A stretch of 64,000 nucleotides of DNA from Bradymonadia bacterium (GTDB lineage Bacteria; Myxococcota_A; Bradymonadia; UBA7976; UBA1532). This document shows, piece after piece, positions 26,770-36,454 of the stretch (positions within the stretch are counted from its first letter, which is position 1; the number at the start of each line of letters is the position of its first letter). The DNA is taken from contig JBKAGE010000079.1 in the NCBI GenBank assembly GCA_046290225.1, positions 192,001-256,000 of the forward strand. The letters are read 5' to 3'. The notes under the pieces are model-generated. The model saw only the letters and a list, made by a program, of their open reading frames with translations. It made no database searches and had not been told where the DNA came from. The position numbers were made by a program, and so were the translations under genes.

Positions 26770-28101
26770 TCAGTGCTTCGGACGCTGCACCGGGGTGGGG
26801 GATTTGATGAGTTTACCCGTGGATTGATACCGCACCGTGCGGTTACGACCGGAGCGCTTGGCTTCGTAGAGGGCCTGATCGGCCGCAGCGATGAGCAGCT
26901 CGCCGGTGTGGGCGGCGTTGGGGAAGGCGGCGACCCCTGCACTCAGGGTGACGTCGAGGTGCAGCGTGCGGCCGTCGGGCAGCACCACATCTACCCCGGC
27001 GTCGCTCAGGGTGCTCCGTAGGCGGTCGGCCATGAGGAAGGCATTCTCCAGGGGTGTCTCCGGCAGAATCAGCGCCACCTCTTCGCCCCCATAGCGGATC
27101 GCCCGGTCGGTGCTGCGGATGTTGCGCTTCACGTGGCCCGAGAGCCAGCGGATGACGTCGTCGCCCACTTGGTGACCGTGGGTGTCGTTGATTTGCTTGA
27201 AGTGATCGATGTCGAGCATGACCACAGCGAGGTGGCGCTCGTAGCGCTGGCAGCGATCGAGCTCCTCTTTAAGGAACCGGTCCATCTCCCGGCGGTTGTA
27301 CAAGCCCGTGAGGGCGTCGCGGGTGGACATCTCCCTCAGCTGCTGCTCCAGTCGACGACGCTCTTCGATCTCAGAGGTGAGTTTGGCGTTGGCCTCGGTG
27401 AGATCGGCGGTTCGGGCCTGCACCCGGGCCTCGAGGGTGGCCTGATGGGCTTCGAGCTCCCGCTCGTAGCGCTTCTCGGTGGTGATGTCGATGATGATGC
27501 CTTCGAGGAAGGCAGGCTCTCCATTGAGATCGTTGATGGCGCAGCCCTGCTCCATCACCCACTTCTCTTCGCCGCCGGCGGTGCGGATACGGTAAGTGGC
27601 TCGGAAGGGCTGCCCCGAGGCCACGGCCTCGTGAATGCCTCGGGCGACGATGGGCTGATCTTCGGGGTGAACCAGGGCGGCGTAGCTGACTTCGCGGTTG
27701 TCCTTGAGGGCTTCTGGCCCGTAGCCCGTGAGCGACTCGCTGCCCCCGCTCACGAAGGTCATCGTGCGGGTGAAGTCATAGGCACAACGATAGGCAAGGC
27801 CCGGCAGGTGGCCGATGAGCGTCGCCAGGGCCCGCTCGCTCTCGGTGTGGGCCAGCTCCCCTCGGGTGCGGGTCACCAACAGCCTGAACGACAGTACATA
27901 GACGAAGAGCGTCGAGAGCAGGGCCAGGCCCCATTCTCCGTACTGCACGACCAGCGAGCCCGCGGGATGATGCTTGAGGGCGTCGGCGCCAAGGTTGGAG
28001 AGGCCGAGCCAGAGGGTGCAGACGACACCGTAGGAGAGGGTGACGCTGAGGGCCCAGGCCCGGGCGCTGCGGCGAGCGAGACGTTCTTCGTGGGTGCGCA
28101 C
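26770..28101 (-). CDS. Membrane-anchored PAS-domain diguanylate cyclase
   Basis: Two TM helices, PAS/PAC (VHPED...YRIRT), coiled coil, DALTGLYNRR, DIDHFK, I-site RSTD, RYGGEEV, KRSGRN. Confidence 0.9.
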   Translation of the reverse strand: MRTHEERLARRSARAWALSVTLSYGVVCTLWLGLSNLGADALKHHPAGSLVVQYGEWGLALLSTLFVYVLSFRLLVTRTRGELAHTESERALATLIGHLPGLAYRCAYDFTRTMTFVSGGSESLTGYGPEALKDNREVSYAALVHPEDQPIVARGIHEAVASGQPFRATYRIRTAGGEEKWVMEQGCAINDLNGEPAFLEGIIIDITTEKRYERELEAHQATLEARVQARTADLTEANAKLTSEIEERRRLEQQLREMSTRDALTGLYNRREMDRFLKEELDRCQRYERHLAVVMLDIDHFKQINDTHGHQVGDDVIRWLSGHVKRNIRSTDRAIRYGGEEVALILPETPLENAFLMADRLRSTLSDAGVDVVLPDGRTLHLDVTLSAGVAAFPNAAHTGELLIAAADQALYEAKRSGRNRTVRYQSTGKLIKSPTPVQRPKH

Positions 28102-28242
28102 CTGTCGTGCCCTCCTCGGGAGACTTCACCACCAGACCTTCCACCGCAGTCGTGTGAAGCGTCCGAGTGATGGGCGCGCTTTAGGGGTGGGTGAGACTTT
28201 ACTCCCCCGGCGAGCGATTCACCGCCAGGAGAGCCGGATCAC

Positions 28243-29055
28243 CTACTTCGACACCGCAACGCCGTGCAGGCCCGGCCTCAGTGACTCGAGCATAGGGCGA
28301 GGATCAGCCCCGGACTCGAGGGTCTCCACAAGAGCCGTGCCCACGATGACGCCGTGGGCATGTGGAGCCAGCTGATCCACCTGAGCAGAGGTGCGGATGC
28401 CGAAGCCCGCCATGATCGGCACCGGGGACTTCGCCCGCAAAGTGTCGAGGTAGCCCAGCAGATCACCACCGGCTTGCAGCTGCCCGCCGGTGGTGCCCGG
28501 GGCGGTGACGGCGTACAAGAAGCCGCCGCTCGATTCGGCGATGCGGGCGGCGCGATCCGCAGGGGTGAGCGGGCTCACGAGTTGAATCAAGGCCAGCCCG
28601 TGGGGTTTGAGGGCCGCCAGCATCTCGTCGGACTCTTCCAGAGGGAGATCAGGGACGATGAAACCGTCCACCCCAGCCTCGGCGGCCTCGGCAGCGAGGG
28701 CTTCGAAGCCCAACGAGAAGAGCGGATTCAGGTAGCTCATGAGCACCACAGGGGTGTCCCGGCTGGGCCGGGCTTTCAGTTGAGCCAGGATCCAGCGCAG
28801 GGTCACCCCGGCCTCCAGGGCGCTGTGGGCAGCCCGCTGCAGGGTCATGCCGTCGGCCATGGGATCGCTGAACGGCACCCCGATCTCCACGACGTCGGCC
28901 ACTTCGCCGATGCGGGCGAGGGTGGTCTGAAAGGTCTCGGCGAGATCGTCACCCGCGGGGTAGCCCGCGGTGAAGAAGGCGGCGAGGGCAGGCTGCCCCG
29001 ATTCATGGCGACGGCGGATCGCTGCTTCGATGTGCTGGGCGCCGGCGGTCATCAT
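28243..29055 (-). CDS. trpA: Tryptophan synthase alpha subunit
   Basis: EIGVPFSDPMADG, MSYLNP, PDLPLEE, GFGI, VIVGTA. Confidence 0.95.
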   Translation of the reverse strand: MMTAGAQHIEAAIRRRHESGQPALAAFFTAGYPAGDDLAETFQTTLARIGEVADVVEIGVPFSDPMADGMTLQRAAHSALEAGVTLRWILAQLKARPSRDTPVVLMSYLNPLFSLGFEALAAEAAEAGVDGFIVPDLPLEESDEMLAALKPHGLALIQLVSPLTPADRAARIAESSGGFLYAVTAPGTTGGQLQAGGDLLGYLDTLRAKSPVPIMAGFGIRTSAQVDQLAPHAHGVIVGTALVETLESGADPRPMLESLRPGLHGVAVSK

Positions 29056-30308
29056 GCACCTCCTTCGGCGGGATCTCGGACTGGATGGCTCCGCTGCAGG
29101 GCGGGCAGATCTTTGTCGCCTCGACCCGAGAGGCCGACGACGATGAGCGCGCCCGGGTGCTCAGCGGCGTATCGTTTGGCCCCGGCGAGGGCGTGTGAGG
29201 TCTCCAGCGCGGGGATGATGCCTTCGAGGGCGCAGCAGTCATCGAAGGCGGCGAGCGCCTCGGTATCTTCCACGGCCTCGTAGCGGGCTCTACCAATGTG
29301 GGCGAGCAGGGCGTGCTCAGGGCCCACACCAGGGTAGTCGAGGCCCGCGGAGATGGAGTGAGTCTCGTGGACCTGACCCTCACCATCCTGGAGCAACATC
29401 GAGCGGGCGCCATGGAGCACCCCGAGGCGGGCCCCAAGGCCCTCGCGGGCGGCGGTGAGTGTGGCGGCGTGGTGGCCGGAGTCCAGCCCGTTGCCACCGG
29501 CTTCGATGCCGATGAGGGCCACCTCGGTATCGCCGACGAAGGGGTGAAAAAGCCCGATGGCGTTCGAACCTCCGCCGACGCAGGCGATGGCGGCGTCAGG
29601 CAGGCGCCCGCGCCGGGCCAGGCACTGGCTGCGAGCTTCACGGCCGATGACCGAGTGCAGTCGGCACACGAGCCAGGGGTAGGGATGAGGCCCCACGGCG
29701 CTGCCGAGCAGGTAGAAGGTGCCCTCTGGATCAGCGACCCAGGCCCGGAGTGCCTCGTCGATGGCCGCCCGCAACGTGCGATCACCGCTCTGCACCGGCA
29801 CCACCGTGGCGCCGAGGCGTCGCATGCGATCGACGTTGGGGGCCTGACGATCGACGTCGATGGCGCCCATGTAGACCGTGCAGTCGATGCCCACACGCGC
29901 GCAGGCCGCTGCCGAGGCCACGCCGTGCTGCCCGGCGCCGGTCTCCGCCACCACACGGGTGGCCCCCATGCGTTTGGCCAGCATGGCCTGCCCCAAGGCG
30001 TTGTTGATCTTGTGGGCCCCGGTGTGGGCCAGATCTTCCCGCTTCAGCCAGATCTCCGCCCCCCAGGCCGCGCTCAACCCCGGTGCGGGGCAGAAGGGGG
30101 TCGGGCGCCCGACCCAGTCCCCGAGGGCTTCCTCGAGGCTCGACATGAAGGTGGCATCGTCGAGGGCCGCCCGGGCGTTCTCTTCGAGCCGGGTGATGGC
30201 CCCCATGAGGATCTCGGGGACGAAGCGCCCGCCGAAGGGGCCATAGCGCCCTCGGTCGTCGGGGAGCTGTTCTGCCACGAGGGCGTCGAGCAAATCGGTG
30301 TGTGCCAT
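29052..30308 (-). CDS. trpB: Tryptophan synthase beta subunit
   Basis: KREDLAHTGAHKINN, AETGAGQHG, CVGGGSNA, SISAGLDYPGVGPEH, SGRGDKD. Confidence 0.97.
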   Translation of the reverse strand: MAHTDLLDALVAEQLPDDRGRYGPFGGRFVPEILMGAITRLEENARAALDDATFMSSLEEALGDWVGRPTPFCPAPGLSAAWGAEIWLKREDLAHTGAHKINNALGQAMLAKRMGATRVVAETGAGQHGVASAAACARVGIDCTVYMGAIDVDRQAPNVDRMRRLGATVVPVQSGDRTLRAAIDEALRAWVADPEGTFYLLGSAVGPHPYPWLVCRLHSVIGREARSQCLARRGRLPDAAIACVGGGSNAIGLFHPFVGDTEVALIGIEAGGNGLDSGHHAATLTAAREGLGARLGVLHGARSMLLQDGEGQVHETHSISAGLDYPGVGPEHALLAHIGRARYEAVEDTEALAAFDDCCALEGIIPALETSHALAGAKRYAAEHPGALIVVGLSGRGDKDLPALQRSHPVRDPAEGGA

Positions 30309-30322
30309 GAGCGTGCCTCAGT

Positions 30323-31024
30323 TCACGTGTGTACGGTCTGGTCAGGGGAAACTGGATCGAAGCTGTGGCCCCGAGCGGCGGCTCGGGCCGCAGCGATGAA
30401 GGCCTTGATCATCTGGGGGGACTTCTGCCCTCGGCTCGATTCGACACCGGAGCTGACATCGACGCCGTAGGGGCGCACGCGCTCGATGGCAGAGGCGACG
30501 TTCTTCGGAGAGAGCCCGCCAGCGAGAATCACCGGCGCTGACGCCGCTGCAGACTCCACTGCGGCCCAGTCACCCGTCTCGCCACTGCCTTCTGTGGGGC
30601 CGTCGATGACCCTCGGCCCTGGCAATTGCTCCGAGGTGGGCAGCGTCGCGCCGTCGCGGAAAGCAGGCAGCCAGCGTCGAACCCGGCCCGGTGGGTCTCG
30701 ATGGCGTAGATGTGCCGCCGACTCGACGTTGGGCGGATAAACCTGCACTGCGTCGGGCCACCAGCCCTCCACCGCCTCGGCGATGGTGTCGTTGTCGGCC
30801 CAGCGAAACACCGCCACCACGTCGAGCGGGCGCCCGAGGCGACGGGCCAGGCCACGGCCATGGGCCGCCAGCGCTGCAGCCTGGAGCGGGCTCACCTGCC
30901 GGGGCGAAGAGACCATGACCAGGCCGATGGCGTCGGCGCCTGCTTCGACGGCTGCTGTCACCGCGGCCTCGTCGGAGAGGCCGCAAATCTTCACATAGAG
31001 CGACTGCGCATAGCGCTCACCCAC
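30323..31024 (-). CDS. trpF: Phosphoribosylanthranilate isomerase
   Basis: VKICGL, SPRQV, GSGETGDW, LAGGLSPKNV, GVDVSSGVE. The GTG start overlaps the trpC end. Confidence 0.9.
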   Translation of the reverse strand: MGERYAQSLYVKICGLSDEAAVTAAVEAGADAIGLVMVSSPRQVSPLQAAALAAHGRGLARRLGRPLDVVAVFRWADNDTIAEAVEGWWPDAVQVYPPNVESAAHLRHRDPPGRVRRWLPAFRDGATLPTSEQLPGPRVIDGPTEGSGETGDWAAVESAAASAPVILAGGLSPKNVASAIERVRPYGVDVSSGVESSRGQKSPQMIKAFIAAARAAARGHSFDPVSPDQTVHT

Positions 31025-31865
31025 CGGGCACCTCCCGGCGGCCAGTGTCGATGAGCGCTCGCGCTGCGTCGCGGGGGGTACCACTCGTCATGAGGGCCGA
31101 GCCGACGAGGGCCAGCCGGTAGCCCTGTCGGGCGCATCGGGCGGCGTGCCCTGGGGAGGAGAGGCCGCTCTCGGCCACCCGTAGCCCTTCAGGCCAGGGC
31201 AGGTCGTGGAACAGACGTTCGAAATCCACCTGCAGTGATTTGAGATCACGGCAGTTGAGGCCCAGGAGCACCCCAGGGTGGTCAGCGGCGGGAGACACAC
31301 CGAGGCCCACCATGCGCCGAAGATCTTCAGCGTCAAAGGCCTCGAGCAGCACGAACAGGCCCAGATCTCGGGCCACTGTGAGCATCTCACTCAGGGCCTC
31401 GTCGGTGAGCATGCGCGTGATCAGCAACGCCCCTGAGGCCCCAGCGGCCCGGGTCTCGAGCAGCTGCACCGGATGCACCAGGAAGTCCTTGCGCATCACC
31501 GGCCTGCGACCCCCCACGGCGGCGACGACCATTCGAAGGTGATCGAGGTGTCCGAGGAACCGACTGGGCTCAGTGAGTACGGAGAGGGCGGCGGCCCCGC
31601 CATCGACATAGGCCGTCGCCTGGCTGTGCAGCATCTGCTGGAGCGCTTGAGCATCTGCCTCGACATCGGCGAGGTTGCCCACCGAGGGGCTCGCCCGCTT
31701 GATCTCGGCGATGAGATCGAAGCGATCGTCCAGCGACAAAGGCACCACAGCAGGCGCCTCGAGGGCTTCGGCCTCGAGAGCTGCCCGACGTTGGCGCGCC
31801 CCTTCAGCGCGCTCGGTGCTCAGCCGGGCCATCTGGCACAGGAAGTCTTCGTGGGCAGCGCTCAT
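31017..31865 (-). CDS. trpC: Indole-3-glycerol phosphate synthase
   Basis: IAEIKRASPS, SVLTEPSRFLG, MRKDF, GLNCRDL, AESG, LVGSALM. ATGA overlap with trpD. Confidence 0.93.
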   Translation of the reverse strand: MSAAHEDFLCQMARLSTERAEGARQRRAALEAEALEAPAVVPLSLDDRFDLIAEIKRASPSVGNLADVEADAQALQQMLHSQATAYVDGGAAALSVLTEPSRFLGHLDHLRMVVAAVGGRRPVMRKDFLVHPVQLLETRAAGASGALLITRMLTDEALSEMLTVARDLGLFVLLEAFDAEDLRRMVGLGVSPAADHPGVLLGLNCRDLKSLQVDFERLFHDLPWPEGLRVAESGLSSPGHAARCARQGYRLALVGSALMTSGTPRDAARALIDTGRREVPGG

Positions 31866-32895
31866 CGATGGCACCCGCGGAGCGTGTCGAGGTTGGCCCT
31901 GGCTTTGCCCTCGTCCAGGGCAGCCTCTGCGAGGGTGCGGGCCTGCTGCGGGCTCTCCGCTAGGCCGCAGACCTCGAGGACCAGCGCCGCGCCGAGGACG
32001 AGGGCGTGCCGATGAGGGCTCTGCTCGCCGTCGAAAACCGCCTCGATGGCTGCGGCATTGTAGGCAGCGTCGCCACCGGCGAGATCTGCGGCTGTGCATC
32101 GCGGGATCCCATAGACCTCCTGGGGATCCACCACAGTCTCTTCTACGCCGCTCTGCCCCACCTTCAACAGCGTGAAGGGGCCCACAGGGGTGGCTTCATC
32201 CCAACCCTCGGCGCCGTGCACCACAAAGGCGCGGTGGGGCATGGGCAGTCGAAACAGCGCCTGGGCCATGAGACGAGCCGCCTCGAGGCTGAAGGCCCCC
32301 ACGACCTGGAACTGCGGCCGGGCAGGGTTCACCAGAGGGCCCATCAGGTTGAAGACCGTGCGCACCCCGAGGCTGCGTCGCTGAGTGGCCACGGCCTTCA
32401 GCGCCGGGTGATAACGGGGGGCGAAGAGGAAGGCGAAACGCCCTGCCTGCAAGCCGGCCATGTGCTGCGCCTCGGGGGCCTCTGGAGGCAGGCCCAGGGT
32501 CTTGAGCACGTCGGCGCTCCCCGAGCGACTGGAGATGGCCCGGTTGCCGTGCTTCACCACGTGGGCGCCAGCGGCTGCGGCGAGCAGCGCGCCACCGGTG
32601 GACAAGTTGAGGCTGCCTGAGCCATCGCCACCGGTGCCGCAGAGATCCACCATGGGGGTGTCAGCGAGGTCCTCGGGCAGCTCGGGGCGGATGGCGAGAT
32701 CGCGCAGCGCGCTGACGAAGCCCTTCACCTCGTCGGGAGTCTCGCCTTTGAGCCTCAGGCCGCCCAGGAGCGCGCCCACTTGCACCGCCTCTACGGGGGC
32801 ATCGGCATCAGCAAGGGCACGCATCACCGCGTAGGCTTGCTCTTCCGTGAGATCAGCGCCACCGAGCAGCGCGTCCAGAACACTCTTCAAGCCGC

Positions 32896-32899
<4 letters not shown>
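31862..32899 (-). CDS. trpD: Anthranilate phosphoribosyltransferase
   Basis: DLCGTGGDG, NLST, KHGNRAISSRSGSAD, RTVFNLMGPLVNP, GWDE. Confidence 0.95.
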
Positions 32900-33473
<574 letters not shown>

Positions 33474-33477
<4 letters not shown>

Positions 33478-34877
33478 AGGCCTCCCTCCTCAGGCTTCTG
33501 GGCGGCGAGCTCCAGGGCCGCCCGGAGTCCGCGGCTCTTCGCCAGGACCTCGTCGAATTCACGATCAGCCACGCTGTCGGCGACGATGCCCGCCCCCGCC
33601 TGAAGGGCCACCCGGCCTCCGCTGAACTGCAAAGTGCGGATGGCGATGGCCTGATCCATCGAGCCGCCGTGGCCGAAGTAGCCCACAGTGCCGGCGTACA
33701 GCCCGCGGCGGACCGGCTCCAGCTCGTCGAGGATCTCCATGGCCCTGATCTTGGGGGCGCCGCTCACGGTGCCCGCAGGGAACGAGGCGGCGAAGAGATC
33801 GAACTCGTCCATGCCGGGCTTCAGGATGCCCTCTACACCACTCACCAGATGCATCACGTGGCTGTAGCGCTCGATGATGCGGCTGGGGTTCACCTTCACC
33901 GTGCCGGCCTCCGCCACCCGGCCCAGATCGTTGCGGGCGAGGTCGACGAGCATCACGTGCTCTGCCGCCTCTTTGGGGCAGGCCTTGAGCTCTTCTTCCA
34001 TGGCCAGATCCGAGGCGTCGTCCGCCCCTCGGGGCCGGGTACCGGCGATGGGCCTCAGCGTGGCTTTGCGACCGTCGAGCTTGACCAGAGCCTCAGGCGA
34101 GGAGCCCACCACCTGCAGATCGCCGAAGTCACAGAAGTAGAGGTAGGGCGAAGGGTTGAGCAGGCGCAGCGCACGGTAGACCTGGAAGGGCTCCAGATCG
34201 CACGGCCCCTCGAAGCGCGCCGAGAGGACGAGCTGGTAGAGATCGCCTGCGTGGATGTGGCCCTTGATGCGCTCCACACCTTCGATGAAGGCTTCGCGGC
34301 TCAAGCTGGGGATCAGCTCGCCCACACCGCCGATGGCGCCACGGGCAGGGGTGGCCCCTCTGAGAGCGCGGATGATCTCGCTCCGCAGCGACCGGCGCTC
34401 GGCCTCAGAGCCGTCGTGCAGCAGCGCCACACGGCGGCTGAGGTGATCGAAGACCAGCATCGACTTCGGCGCCATGAGGGCCAGATCGGGCATGGGCTGA
34501 TCCCCGAGGGCCCGAGGATCCGGGATCCGCTCGAAGCGGCGCACCAGATCGAAGGCGGTGACCCCCACCAGACCCCCGTGGAAGGGGAGCGCCGCAGGCG
34601 AGACGCCCTCAGGGGTGAGCCGTGGCGCCTTCGACAAGGCGTCGCGCAGGAAGTTGAGCACCACCGCCTGGGTGGACTCGCCCGGCACGCCCTCGGGCAT
34701 GGCGCCAGGGGCGAGGCGCAGGGACTGCACATCGCCGAAGCCGATGAAGGAGTAGCGGCCCACCCGCTCGCCCCCCTCGACGCTCTCGAGCAGAAACCGG
34801 GGCTTGAAGGGGGCCAGTTTCAAATACGCCGAGACCGGCGTATCGAGATCGGCGGCGATGTCGAACGGTGGTTGCAT
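33474..34877 (-). CDS. trpE: Anthranilate synthase component I
   Basis: DLDTPVS, LLESVEGGERVGRYSFIG, NPSPY, PIAGTRPRG, AEHVMLVDLARND, FPAGTVSGAPK. GAGGAG SD. Confidence 0.95.
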
Positions 34878-34962
34878 GAGCGCGTCTCTCCTCGTGTCGC
34901 TGTGACCAGAGTCTGTGAACTGCCTGTGGCCTTCGGCTGTAGAGGAAGCGGGCTCAAGACAC

Positions 34963-34996
34963 AAAAAAACCCGCTTCCGAAGCTCGGAGGCGGGTT
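34963..34996 (-). terminator. trp attenuator terminator hairpin
   Basis: Minus strand AACCCGCCTCCGA-GCT-TCGGAAGCGGGTT running into a T7 tract, located between the leader peptide and trpE. Confidence 0.9.
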
Positions 34997-35016
34997 GAAT
35001 CGGTGTCGTTGCTGCG

Positions 35017-35115
35017 TCAGCCGCTGACCCGGACCCCCTCCGAGGAGATCCACCACCACCAGCTGCCCTTGGAGGCGGCCTCGATGACATCAGCGTGGGT
35101 GAGCAGTGTGTTCAT
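35017..35115 (-). CDS. trpL: trp operon leader peptide (32 aa, four tandem Trp)
   Basis: Manual translation MNTLLTHADVIEAASKGSWWWWISSEGVRVSG*. TGG x4 at 35050-35061, directly upstream of the terminator and trpE. Confidence 0.92.
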   Translation of the reverse strand: MNTLLTHADVIEAASKGSWWWWISSEGVRVSG

Positions 35116-35122
35116 GCGTTGA

Positions 35123-35152
35123 AGGGTGACGCAGCCTCGGCAGATCTGTCAA
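35123..35152 (-). promoter_or_regulatory. Putative sigma70 promoter of the trp operon
   Basis: TTGACA (35152-35147), 18-nt spacer, CACCCT (35128-35123), then 7 nt to the leader ATG. No SD, which fits a leaderless transcript. Confidence 0.55.
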
Positions 35153-36321
35153 CCGTGAATGAGGTGGTGCAGCGCATCGCCCATTTGTCGGCCTTCGATG
35201 ACGTTGAGGACGCTGAACGACTTCGCCCCGGTGTCATCGATCTGGAGCACCCAGTCATCCTCCAGCGCCCATGGGTTGAACGCCAGATCGGCCGCCGCCA
35301 CCCATCGAGGCTGACAGGTCTTTCTGGGCATGGGCTCGAGATCAGGCCCTGGGCGGTCTGAGGTGCTCAGGATCGCGCCGTCAAGGCTGGTTCCGAGGCA
35401 AGTGGCCTGAGCGAAGTGTCCATGAAGCAGGCAAGCCCCATTGAGGCTGGCCCCCTGAAAGTTAGCCTGTGTGGCCGTCGCTCCGGTGAAGTCCGCGTGC
35501 ATCAACTGCGCGCGATGCAGGGCCGCCTTCGACAGATCAGCGCGGGCGAAGCTGGCCTTCGACGCCTCCGTTTGGGTGAAGGTGCAGCCCACGAGGCGTG
35601 CGCCAGTCAGGCTGGCCCCACGTAGATCGGCTCTCTCGAAGGTCAGGCCGCTCAGGTTGGCCTCGTCGAGGCGGGCGTCGACGAGGTTGGCGATGTAGAA
35701 GCCAGCGACGTAGGGCCTCTTGCAGACCGTGAGATCCACACCCCGGAGATCTGCCCCCGACAATGGGGCGCCAGTGAGGTAGTTGAACCCATCGCGAATC
35801 GCCTCGAGCAGCTGCGCGCGGTCAAAGCGGCTGGACGCGTCGAGGCCGGCCATGGGCCACTCTGGCGCGCCCTGGAAGTCCACCACCGTGGCCCCGGACA
35901 GCCTCGCCCCCTGGAAGTGGGTGGAGAACAGCCTCGCTGATTGTATGTGAGCATCTACGAGGCACGCGTCCCCCAGCTGGGTGTGCACGAACTCTGCCCG
36001 ATCGATGCGGGCACCCGTGAGATCAGCCCCCGTGAGATCAGTGTGGGCGAGGTCGGCGCCCGAAAGGTCTGCCCCTTTGAGACAGGCACCCCTCAGCCGG
36101 GCCCGGCCGAGTTTGGCCTTCACCAATGAAGCCCCCGTGAGATCGGCACCGTCGAGTTGAGCGCTCTTCAGGCTGGCGCCGTTCAAATCGACCTCTGACA
36201 GATCAGCGCCCTCGAGGCGCGCCCGGCCCAGCTTCAAGCGGCCCTTGCGATCTTGCTGGGGTGGTTTGCCCAGTAGGTCGTTGAGCGTGGAGATCGGATC
36301 TCGAAGCGAGGGTGTGCTCAT
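35149..36321 (-). CDS. Pentapeptide-repeat protein (paralogue A)
   Basis: Two blocks of A(D/N)LxG-type repeats split by a WPMAGLDAS insert. C-terminus QMGDALHHLIHG. Start chosen by similarity to paralogue B. Confidence 0.88.
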   Translation of the reverse strand: MSTPSLRDPISTLNDLLGKPPQQDRKGRLKLGRARLEGADLSEVDLNGASLKSAQLDGADLTGASLVKAKLGRARLRGACLKGADLSGADLAHTDLTGADLTGARIDRAEFVHTQLGDACLVDAHIQSARLFSTHFQGARLSGATVVDFQGAPEWPMAGLDASSRFDRAQLLEAIRDGFNYLTGAPLSGADLRGVDLTVCKRPYVAGFYIANLVDARLDEANLSGLTFERADLRGASLTGARLVGCTFTQTEASKASFARADLSKAALHRAQLMHADFTGATATQANFQGASLNGACLLHGHFAQATCLGTSLDGAILSTSDRPGPDLEPMPRKTCQPRWVAAADLAFNPWALEDDWVLQIDDTGAKSFSVLNVIEGRQMGDALHHLIHG

Positions 36322-36454
36322 GCTGTTCGCTCTAGTGTTTTGAATGGGTGCGTAAAGTCGTGACTGCAGTGGAGTGTGTCTATGTCCGAGTGCATGCTGT
36401 GAATGTGCGTGGTCAAGGCCACTGCACATCGCCGCATCAGCTTCGGGGGATCAA

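Noticed and set aside
27080..27125. GGEEV variant as an inactive diguanylate cyclase
   Set aside because: The GGEE core and the upstream DIDHFK are intact. A change at the fifth position alone is not enough to call it degenerate.
34878..35090. N-terminal extension of trpE given in the ORF track
   Set aside because: It overlaps the leader peptide and attenuator. The SD-preceded ATG at 34877 fits better.
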